Shown: positions 8,308 through 14,663, counted from the first letter of the stretch. The stretch: 32,000 bases of DNA from Nitrosococcus oceani ATCC 19707 (GCF_000012805.1 NC_007484.1:2880001-2912000), one strand, 5' to 3'. The notes: generated by a model from the sequence alone, not told the origin. Numbers and translations are program-made.

Positions 8308-8711
8308 GGCAAAGAATCGGTACCGCTCGCAAAGCGCTTTCACAGTTTGAAAAACTGGCTAATTTATCTCAGCCTAACAATATTGAGCGCGATGCCGGTA
8401 TACAAAGCTTTGAATTCAGCTTCGAAGCCGTCTGGAAGACCGCTCAGCGACATCTCCAGATTATAGAGGGAATAGACGCGGCGTCCCCAAAAACCGTCAT
8501 TAGGGCTTCCTCGCAAACAAATCTTTTCGATGAGGACGAATCACGTCTCGCGCTGCAAATGGCGGACGACCGTAATCTCACCTCTCCTACTTATAACGAA
8601 GCGCTTGCCAAGAAGATCTTCTCCCGCTTAGGCGCCTATCATAAGTTCATGGGCAACTGGCTAAACCGCATGGAAGAAAAACTCGGAAAAAGTAGCGTTT
8701 CCCGCGCATGA
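8295..8711 (+). CDS. HEPN-domain protein (HI0074-like 'nucleotidyltransferase substrate-binding' family) with a variant active-site motif
   Basis: RDAGIQSFEFSFEAVWK and DDRNLTSPTYNE match the HI0074/HepT family signature. The expected His of R-x4-H is Pro (CCT, 8586-8588). Confidence 0.82.
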   Translation: MERLRQRIGTARKALSQFEKLANLSQPNNIERDAGIQSFEFSFEAVWKTAQRHLQIIEGIDAASPKTVIRASSQTNLFDEDESRLALQMADDRNLTSPTYNEALAKKIFSRLGAYHKFMGNWLNRMEEKLGKSSVSRA

Positions 8712-8770
8712 TCGCTAAATAAAGGCATGACTATCTTAAAATAACGCCCTGCTGCTACCACTATTATGCT

Positions 8771-8943
8771 ATGCGCGCGATAGATCAAAATCCAAACATC
8801 ATTCCAGGCTATGGAATCCCTCGGGGTTATGTGGAATTACGCAGTTGAAATCCAATCATGTGGTCATACCACATCCGCGCAAGGATATCCCTATTGGTAC
8901 GCTACACAATATCTACCGGCAAGCTGGATGGAAGTGGAGGTAA
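8771..8943 (+). pseudogene. hicA: HicA toxin pseudogene (frameshifted)
   Basis: The C-terminal part NHVVIPHPRKDIPIGTLHNIYRQAGWKWR* (8833-8943 frame) matches the HicA consensus. The upstream part (ATG 8771 ...RGYVELRS*) is in another frame and stops at 8846-8848. Its stop lies 3 nt before the hicB ATG. Confidence 0.55.
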
Positions 8944-8946
8944 GAC

Positions 8947-9345
8947 ATGTTGTATCCGGTCTATATTCATCCAGGTGATAATAAGCATGCTCACGGAGTA
9001 ACCTTTCCTGATTTCCCCGGATGTTTCTCCGCGGCTGATTCCTGGGAGGAACTGCCCACCAAAATTCAGGAGGCAGTAGAGCTGTATTTCGAGGGAGAGA
9101 CAATGGAGATCCCACCTCCCACACCGCTGGAGGAATTAGCTCAGCGCCCAGAATTCGAGGACGGTGCGTGGATGATGGTGGATATTAATTGCTCCCGCAT
9201 ACGTCCCAAGGCGACGCGCATCAATATCTCTCTGCCCGAAGCCTTGGTGCGCCGCATCGATGAATACGCAAAGGCACACCAGATGAGTCGTTCCGGGTTT
9301 CTGGCAAAGGTCGCCGAAGAGGCAATGCGTAAGAAGCACAACTAA
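8947..9345 (+). CDS. hicB: HicB-family antitoxin with C-terminal ribbon-helix-helix
   Basis: The N-terminal HicB fold signature is MLYPVYIHPGDNKHAHGVTFPDFPGCFSAADSWEE. The C-terminal RHH is INISLPEALVRRIDEYAKAHQMSRSGFLA. Confidence 0.85.
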   Translation: MLYPVYIHPGDNKHAHGVTFPDFPGCFSAADSWEELPTKIQEAVELYFEGETMEIPPPTPLEELAQRPEFEDGAWMMVDINCSRIRPKATRINISLPEALVRRIDEYAKAHQMSRSGFLAKVAEEAMRKKHN

Positions 9346-9458
9346 ACCGGCGGTATTCTGCACTTCTTTCAGCTTTCACAGAAAAATGGTCAAACTCCTG
9401 TATCCTAACTTCCCGGATTTCGATGCAAATAGCCTCGTGGAACATTTCAAAAAGCGCC

Positions 9459-9500
9459 GTAGGCCGGATTAAGCATAGCGTATCCGGCAAAATCCGGATA
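9459..9500. repeat. REP-like palindromic unit cluster
   Basis: In gtagGCCGGATtaagcatagcgtATCCGGCaaaaTCCGGATa, three CCGGAT-type arms can form alternative hairpins. A related unit lies at 11783-11817. Confidence 0.4.
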
Positions 9501-9506
9501 CTCACT

Positions 9507-9590
9507 TCAGTTCGACATAGCCCTGTGAACAAATCTATCCTATGCCCGGCCCAACACAATGGAAATAACCCTTCGCTTATGTCGAACTGA
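9507..9590. repeat. Perfect 13-bp inverted repeat flanking a 58-nt spacer
   Basis: tcagttcgacata (9507-9519) and tatgtcgaactga (9578-9590) are exact reverse complements in an otherwise non-coding stretch. Confidence 0.6.
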
Positions 9591-9674
9591 CATTTGGGCC
9601 AAGACCATCAATTGCCGGGTAACCTTGTGGGTATTACACTATTTTAATCAAAAAATACGTTGTGAAAATTTGCC

Positions 9675-9944
9675 ATGGCAACGACTCTTACCAGTAAAGG
9701 CCAAGTTACGGTGCCGAAGAAGATTCGCGATTATCTCGGCTTGCGCCCAGGATCAGCGGTTGATTTTTCCCTTGGACCCCACGGCGAAGTGATCCTGCGT
9801 CCGGCGGAAGATACCCCACCAGAACGCCGCAAGGATCGTTTCGGCAAGCTGAGAGGTACGCTCGATACCGGCAGGACTACCGATGAATGGATGCATTTAC
9901 TGCGTGGCTACGATGCTGACGCAAGTGATCCTGGCCTGAAATGA
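9675..9944 (+). CDS. vapB: AbrB/MazE/SpoVT-fold antitoxin (VapB-type)
   Basis: MATTLTSKGQVTVPKKIRDYLGLRPGSAVDF is a classic SpoVT/AbrB swapped-hairpin motif. It overlaps the downstream PIN ORF by 4 nt (ATGA). Confidence 0.85.
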   Translation: MATTLTSKGQVTVPKKIRDYLGLRPGSAVDFSLGPHGEVILRPAEDTPPERRKDRFGKLRGTLDTGRTTDEWMHLLRGYDADASDPGLK

Positions 9945-10260
9945 TCCTGGTCGATACCTGCGTGCTGCTGGATGTGGTGCAAGGCGATCCACACTGGGCG
10001 GACGGGTCGCTGACACGGCTAGAATGGGCTGCGGAACACGGCAAACGGGTGATTAACCCGATCGTGTATGCCGAATTCTCGGTGTGGTATGACGTTAGGA
10101 AAGAGTTAGCACAAACCCTTGCCGGAATTTTAAATAGCGTGTGCCCGTAGGAGGGAAGGGAATCCATCCACTCTCCATTTAGGCGAAGAAACCCTGGAAA
10201 GGCTTACTTGACAAGCAGAAAAACGAGGAACGGGAGTCATGATTTGGACGGGAAAATAGA
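9941..10260 (+). pseudogene. vapC: PIN-domain VapC toxin, interrupted by an in-frame TAG (10148-10150) and C-terminally degraded
   Basis: MILVDTCVLLDV and INPIVYAEFS are PIN motifs, but the ORF is only 69 aa. After the TAG the same frame still reads ...PGKAYLTSRKTRNGS, then loses the C-terminal PIN acidic motif. Confidence 0.65.
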
Positions 10261-10280
10261 GAAATTCGTGCATGTTTTAT

Positions 10281-10309
10281 AAAAAAAGCGGGACCTGAAA
10301 GGGTCCCGC
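10281..10309 (-). terminator. Rho-independent terminator of the pilin gene
   Basis: The minus strand reads GCGGGACC-ctttca-GGTCCCGC followed by TTTTTTT, about 30 nt after the pilin stop. Confidence 0.8.
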
Positions 10310-10338
10310 CTCTTAACCTCTGTTAATAAAGAGATAAT

Positions 10339-10782
10339 TTAAGAAGTTGTGGTAGCGGTACGACATGAGGCCGGTACGTGCTTCAACTCCCCAGCAGACG
10401 TTGTACAAACCCAGGTAATTGGATCTTCTGAGTTTGTTTGCGTTGGTTTTAGAACAAATACAGGCTGGGTAGAAGCACCCGTCGCTTTCGTAGTAACAGT
10501 AATGACACCATCATCTGCAATTATAATACTATCTACATAATCAGTCTTATTAGAAAGCTCATAACCGGAGTTGGCTGCAGTAACGTTCGTTAACCCCCCC
10601 AGTGATGCTGCAGTTTCAGCAACCGCCGTTTTAGCTTCAGAAGCAAGTGTTACCGCTTCAGATACCTTTGCCCGAATGGTGTAGTCCTGATAGGCGGGGA
10701 TGGCCACAGAAGCCAAAATACCAATGATCGCCACCACGATCATCAATTCAATCAAGGTAAAACCCTGTTGTACTTTTCTCAT
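10339..10782 (-). CDS. pilA: Type IVa major pilin
   Basis: Prepilin leader and cleavage/methylation motif [36 protein letters not shown]-terminal disulfide loop is present (C...VPASC). A GGAG RBS lies upstream. Confidence 0.93.
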   Translation of the reverse strand: MRKVQQGFTLIELMIVVAIIGILASVAIPAYQDYTIRAKVSEAVTLASEAKTAVAETAASLGGLTNVTAANSGYELSNKTDYVDSIIIADDGVITVTTKATGASTQPVFVLKPTQTNSEDPITWVCTTSAGELKHVPASCRTATTTS

Positions 10783-10870
10783 TACGCATTACTCCAAAAT
10801 GAATGTAATAGAATCCAAACTTTGTACGGTTGACAGTTCCATGTTTTCTCTGCCTGCACCCTTAAATAAG

Positions 10871-10885
10871 GCAATCCATATGCCA
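10871..10885 (-). promoter_or_regulatory. Sigma-54 (-24/-12) promoter candidate for pilA
   Basis: The minus strand reads TGGCAT-ATGGA-TTGC, matching the consensus TGGCAC-N5-TTGC, about 90 nt upstream of the pilA ATG. Type IV pilin genes are commonly RpoN/PilR dependent. Confidence 0.6.
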
Positions 10886-11197
10886 TGCTTCTGTTTCGGC
10901 CAAAGACGCCGCAGCTTTATGGGAAGGGGTTCACACAATCAGGAGATAACGACCCAGTGAAAGATGGGGGGCGGCTATTCGGGCGTGGGAAATCAACGGG
11001 AAGAGGCGCTTTATGTGCCCAGGGAAGGCCAAAAGTGACGTTCTGGGTCACTCTAGCCGGCCGTCATTCAAAAATGGCAGCACATAGGACAGAAAAGCGG
11101 GCGTTTTTTACTTGCGATCCCCAGATTCCCTTAATTGTGGTGCAATAATGGTGTAAAAATGAACCACTAATACTATTTAGGAGAAGGAGAATATGCC

Positions 11198-11437
11198 ATG
11201 GCCAGACAAAGTATTTCTTTTACCCCACCCAATGATGCCTGGCTCAAAGCCCAGGTAGACAGTCAGGAATTTACTAGCAAGAGCGAAGTGGTGAATGATC
11301 TTATCCGCAAGGCCCGCAAGATTGAATTAATTCGCGCCAAACTGATTGCCGCTGAGCAGAGTGGGTTTTCCAACCAATCACCGGAGGAAAGGCTGGCGGG
11401 CTTCCACCAGAAAGCCCGGCAAGATGGGAAGTTATAG
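11198..11437 (+). CDS. parD: ParD-family (COG3609, RHH) antitoxin
   Basis: MARQSISFTPPNDAWLKAQVDSQEFTSKSEVVNDLIRKAR is the typical ParD/CC2985-type N-terminus. Its stop overlaps the start of the parE remnant. Confidence 0.85.
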   Translation: MARQSISFTPPNDAWLKAQVDSQEFTSKSEVVNDLIRKARKIELIRAKLIAAEQSGFSNQSPEERLAGFHQKARQDGKL

Positions 11438-11713
11438 GCTTTACTGAAAACGCCGAAGCGGATCTCTATCGCATTTGGTTATAGGGCCTTGAACATTGGG
11501 GCCTGGAGCAGGCAGACGCCTATTACGATGCGTTCATGCAGCATTTTGCGGCACTGGCAGAGAATCCCTTTTTAATACCCCGCCGTGGATGAACTCCGCG
11601 CAGGATACCGGCGCAGCGTGTGCGGCTCAGACAGTGTATATTACCGCATTGTGGGCGAAACGGTTGAAATCATGGCGATTATAGGCCGTCAGGATTTAGA
11701 GGCGTGGTTGTAA
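11424..11713 (+). pseudogene. parE: ParE toxin pseudogene (two frameshifts plus one nonsense codon)
   Basis: The conceptual repair reads MGSYRL/TENAEADLYRIWL*GLEHWGLEQADAYYDAFMQHFAALAENPFLIP/VDELRAGYRRSVCGSDSVYYRIVGETVEIMAIIGRQDLEAWL*. The lesions lie near 11440-11442, at TAG 11482-11484, and near 11578-11584. Confidence 0.8.
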
Positions 11714-11782
11714 GGCTGGGTATTGACCAGCCTTGGCGCCGGGGCCTTGCTGATGGGCGTGCTTACTTTTGTGGGACAGCTC

Positions 11783-11817
11783 GTAGGGCAGGAAAGCGTA
11801 GCGCATCCCGCTCTGCC
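11783..11817. repeat. REP-like palindromic unit related to 9459-9488
   Basis: gtagGGCAGgaaagcgtagcgcatcccgctCTGCC is roughly 70% similar to the 9459 unit. A T7 run follows at 11836-11842. Confidence 0.35.
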
Positions 11818-11871
11818 TTAATAACCTGCCGTGGGTTTTTTTATTGAGTCGTCTCGTGCCAAGATCTCTCT

Positions 11872-12270
11872 CTACACAACATCCTGATCGCGGGTATCTA
11901 CAAGATCATCGATATCCACTCCAAGCACCTTGGCGATCTGCTTGAGCGCTTTGACGGTCCCCTCCCTTTCTCCTTTTTCTATCATCGCTAGGTAGGATTG
12001 GCTTAATTCTGCCTGTTCCGCCAGATTGTGCTGAGTCAGGCCACGATAGATTCGCCATACTTTGATGGGGTTCTCGCCTTCCACCAGCCTCTTAACGACC
12101 TCGTGCGGCATCGCTTCCCCGCCAACAACCATTGCCTGATCAAAGGCGGCGACATCCTCCAGCATTTCTGCCTTTTCCTTTAGCGCCAAATATTCCTCGT
12201 AGGGCAAAACAGCCCATTCCGGCTTATCTCCACGCTTAATTAACGGCTTGATATCCAAATCCGATTGCAT
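11872..12270 (-). CDS. HTH (XRE-family) antitoxin-like protein with a Phd-like N-terminal segment
   Basis: From Met at 12270: MQSDLDIKPLIKRGDKPEWAVLPYEEYLALKEKAEMLEDVAAFDQA, followed by the HTH motif IYRGLTQHNLAEQAELSQSYLAMIEKGEREGTVKALKQIAKVLGV. The ORF stays open 33 codons further upstream to ATG 12369; see findings. Confidence 0.8.
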   Translation of the reverse strand: MQSDLDIKPLIKRGDKPEWAVLPYEEYLALKEKAEMLEDVAAFDQAMVVGGEAMPHEVVKRLVEGENPIKVWRIYRGLTQHNLAEQAELSQSYLAMIEKGEREGTVKALKQIAKVLGVDIDDLVDTRDQDVV

Positions 12271-12274
12271 GGGA

Positions 12275-12440
12275 TCTTGGAGTTTGCGGCTAAGTCTCGC
12301 TTGGCTGTTCCCGACAGCCGCGCTCGCCTTGCTGCAATTCGCGTTTCGCAGGCGTCCTTTGGCGGTCATAGGACCACCTCCAGTGGGTATACGCCTCCAC
12401 GCGCATCACTTCCGGTCCTCCCAACCGTAGCTAACCTTAA
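12275..12440 (-). ncRNA. Candidate TnpB omega-RNA (reRNA) scaffold spanning the tnpB 3' end and right end
   Basis: The position follows the known architecture of TnpB guide RNAs. Visible stems are 12370-12375/12414-12419 (AGGACC/GGTCCT, bracketing the stop codon), 12374-12377/12383-12386 and 12303-12308/12314-12319. Boundaries are not determined. Confidence 0.4.
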
Positions 12441-13538
12441 AATATTTTTAGCCGCGTTAATATCGCGGTCATGGACTGACTTACAGTCCGAGCAGGTCCA
12501 CTGCCGCACTTTGAGCGGCATGGCTTTTTGCACTGCGCCACACGCCGAGCACGTTTTACTGGTCGGCGCCCACCTATCCACTTGCCTAAACGCCCGGCCA
12601 TACCACGGGGCTTTGTATTCCAGTTGCCGCTTGAGTTCGTGCATGCCTACATCGCCCAAGGCTTTAGCGATGCGCCGGTTGGCCATCATGCCCCTGACGT
12701 TGAGCGTTTCCATGGCAATGAACCCCGCCTGGCGAATCAGTGCCGTGGTGAGTTTGTGCAACCAGTCCTGACGGGTGTTGCTCACCCTGGCGTGGGCCTT
12801 GGCGACCCTTACTCGCTGACGATGCCAGCGAACGCTTCCCTTGCGCTTGCGGGATAGCCTGCGCTGGGTTTTGGTGAGTAGACGCCGATAAGTGCGTAGG
12901 TGCCGTGGGTTGCCTGACTTCCAGCCCTCGGAGGTCACCACCACATCGCTTATACCCACATCAATACCGATACCGTTTGGCTTTCGCGGTAGGGGTTGGA
13001 GGGTTTCCTCGCACATGAACGAAACACAATAACAACCCGCGCAGTCCTGGGTGACCGAGACCATTTTGGGTATACCCTGGGGCTTACGAGACCATTTTAA
13101 ACTGAGTGCCCCAAGCTTGGGGAGTTTAAGCAACTTGCCCGCTCGATACCTTCCCGCTACCTGGCGTTGGTCAAGTTGATAGCGGATGCTTTGAGCGTGG
13201 GCTCTTTTTTTGAAACGGGGATACTTCGCTCGCCCTGCAAAGAAGTTTTTAAACGCGGTGTCCTGGTCTCTAAGCTTTTGATTGAGTGTGGTCGCGCTGG
13301 CCTCTTTTAACCAACCATAGGCCGCCGTCTTTTTTAGCTTGGTGAGGTGCCCGCTAAAGTCAACGCCGCTAACATGCTTGTCGTGCAGCCGGTATTGACG
13401 GCCACGCCAGGTCAGACAGGTGTTCCAGACCCACCGGGCATGGCCAAACTCCATCGCGAGTTGCTGGCGCTGGACGCTCGTGGGGTAAAAGCGGAATGTA
13501 TAGGACCGCTGAAGGGTGGTAGAATCGCATTGGGTCAT
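12366..13538 (-). CDS. tnpB: IS200/IS605-family accessory protein TnpB (RNA-guided RuvC nuclease), apparently intact
   Basis: Starts MTQCDSTTLQRSYTFRFYPT. RuvC residues are GIDVGISD (D), IAMETLNV (E) and HDRDINAAKNI (D). The zinc finger is CSACG...CSDCK. I place the start at Met 13538 rather than at the 454-aa ORF start. Confidence 0.92.
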   Translation of the reverse strand: MTQCDSTTLQRSYTFRFYPTSVQRQQLAMEFGHARWVWNTCLTWRGRQYRLHDKHVSGVDFSGHLTKLKKTAAYGWLKEASATTLNQKLRDQDTAFKNFFAGRAKYPRFKKRAHAQSIRYQLDQRQVAGRYRAGKLLKLPKLGALSLKWSRKPQGIPKMVSVTQDCAGCYCVSFMCEETLQPLPRKPNGIGIDVGISDVVVTSEGWKSGNPRHLRTYRRLLTKTQRRLSRKRKGSVRWHRQRVRVAKAHARVSNTRQDWLHKLTTALIRQAGFIAMETLNVRGMMANRRIAKALGDVGMHELKRQLEYKAPWYGRAFRQVDRWAPTSKTCSACGAVQKAMPLKVRQWTCSDCKSVHDRDINAAKNILRLATVGRTGSDARGGVYPLEVVL

Positions 13539-13646
13539 GGCCTCAATACTCGTCCTATTGGGTCGGTGGCAAGTGGCTAGGGGGTACTGATAATACTGCC
13601 TAGCCGCGCTTATTCTACCGCCAATTTTGCCCGCCGCAGACATCAC

Positions 13647-13724
13647 TTTATGCGGCCCTCGCGATCGATGCGCCACTTCGTTTCGCACGCTCGCTGGGGG
13701 GGGTCGTCGTACATCCCTGTATTC
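13647..13724 (-). repeat. Copy B of the module shared with 1611-1690, located 110-190 nt upstream of the tnpB start
   Basis: The reverse complement of 13647-13704 is gacccccccagcgagcgtgcgaaacgaagtggcgcatcgatcgcgagggccgcataaa, about 90% identical to 1634-1690. Confidence 0.8.
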
Positions 13725-13772
13725 CTTCATGCCACTCCCTTCTTCAACTTGGATTAAGCAGCGTGGCAGGGT

Positions 13773-13791
13773 GCTCTCTTGATCAAGCAGA
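13773..13791. promoter_or_regulatory. Near-perfect 19-bp palindrome, a possible operator
   Basis: CTCT-CTTGATCAAG-c-AGAG has a central perfect 10-bp palindrome (13777-13786). It lies just outside the inferred left end of the tnpB element and is followed on the minus strand by nothing but that element and the HTH gene. Confidence 0.35.
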
Positions 13792-13877
13792 GTTATCTTT
13801 TTTTGAAAAACAACAAATTTAATATGCGGGGTAGAAAAGCAGCAAGATGGAGGCGGCGTTCCTCTCCTACCTACTCT

Positions 13878-14288
13878 CTATTCCTTAGCTGGACCTGCTT
13901 CCGCCACGGGTATGACAGGATAGCCGTGGGCGCGCGCACTCCGGGAAAATTTCCCGTCAAAAGTATAAAATACGCTAGCAGCCCCGGCGCTTGCAAGATG
14001 CATGGCATCCGCAAAATCTAGCCCTTTCTCGTAGAGATTCAATGCAAGGGAAACCTCGCCCGACGCTTCAACTCGCACATTCGGTAAACCCAGAATATGG
14101 CGCATAGCTCTTAATACCACTTCAGACGGTAGATCATAAACGGCTTCTAAAACCCACCCTAACTCTAGCAGCACTGTTTTAGTCACCAAAATCTCATTGG
14201 AGCCTAGCAGCGCCATTGCCTGCTGCGCCTGAATCTCATCGTCATTGGTCACATAACGTACCCATACGTTGGTATCTACAGCGATCAT
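13878..14288 (-). CDS. vapC: PIN-domain VapC toxin (full length)
   Basis: MIAVDTNVWV, LLELGWVL, DFADAMHLA and TFD are the four PIN acidic positions. It overlaps the upstream antitoxin by 4 nt. Confidence 0.9.
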   Translation of the reverse strand: MIAVDTNVWVRYVTNDDEIQAQQAMALLGSNEILVTKTVLLELGWVLEAVYDLPSEVVLRAMRHILGLPNVRVEASGEVSLALNLYEKGLDFADAMHLASAGAASVFYTFDGKFSRSARAHGYPVIPVAEAGPAKE

Positions 14289-14554
14289 CTTTTTTTATTT
14301 TTGGACCAACATTGGCGTAGGCTTTCGGCAATGCCTTTATCCATTTCCTCCAGGGATTTCGGGCTGCCTTGGTAACCCGTACAACCTAGTCCTTTTTCCA
14401 GACGGGTGACAGGAAAGGGTTTTAGAGGCCGGAGAATAAGATTCCCGTCTCTCTCTTCAACAATAAATTCCATTCCAGCATCCCAATGATGCGCTGCCCG
14501 GATAGTCTTAGGAATAATAATTTGTCCTTTACTGGAAAGGCGAGTGATTTCCAC
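14285..14554 (-). CDS. vapB: AbrB/SpoVT-fold VapB antitoxin
   Basis: MEITRLSSKGQIIIPKTIRAAHHWDAGMEFIV is a SpoVT/AbrB motif. Confidence 0.88.
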   Translation of the reverse strand: MEITRLSSKGQIIIPKTIRAAHHWDAGMEFIVEERDGNLILRPLKPFPVTRLEKGLGCTGYQGSPKSLEEMDKGIAESLRQCWSKNKKR

Positions 14555-14663
14555 AATATTTCCCTAGGTAAGATTTAGTAAGACGAAATACTACCATTCT
14601 TCTTCCAGGGAAACAATAAACACGTAGGACTTACCTAAAGGGAGGGCCAAACGCTGCTCATTG

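Larger units (their letters stand above)
12275..13724 (-). mobile_element. TnpA-less IS200/IS605-type (IS1341-like) element; ends approximate
   Basis: A single tnpB with no Y1 or serine transposase nearby. The left boundary is inferred from where similarity to the 1611-1690 module ends. The right boundary is inferred only from the start of the downstream antitoxin gene. Confidence 0.55.

Noticed and set aside
10885-11148. 87-aa ORF between pilA and parD
   Set aside because: It has Gly/Arg-rich composition, no RBS and no motif. The region more plausibly holds pilA upstream regulatory DNA.
13539-13730. 64-codon N-terminal extension of TnpB (454-aa ORF in the track)
   Set aside because: TnpB homologues begin close to the YxFRxYPT motif, which here follows Met 13538. 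The extension covers the repeat module and translates to low-complexity Arg/Pro-rich sequence.
13741-13877. Possible RelE/HigB toxin remnant upstream of the tnpB element, as a partner for the HTH antitoxin
   Set aside because: Translations of all minus-strand frames gave nothing resembling RelE/ParE/HigB motifs, and the stretch is too short and AT-rich.
13779-14021. 80-aa + strand ORF
   Set aside because: It is antisense to, and largely overlaps, the well-supported vapC gene. It has no motif and basic low-complexity composition.
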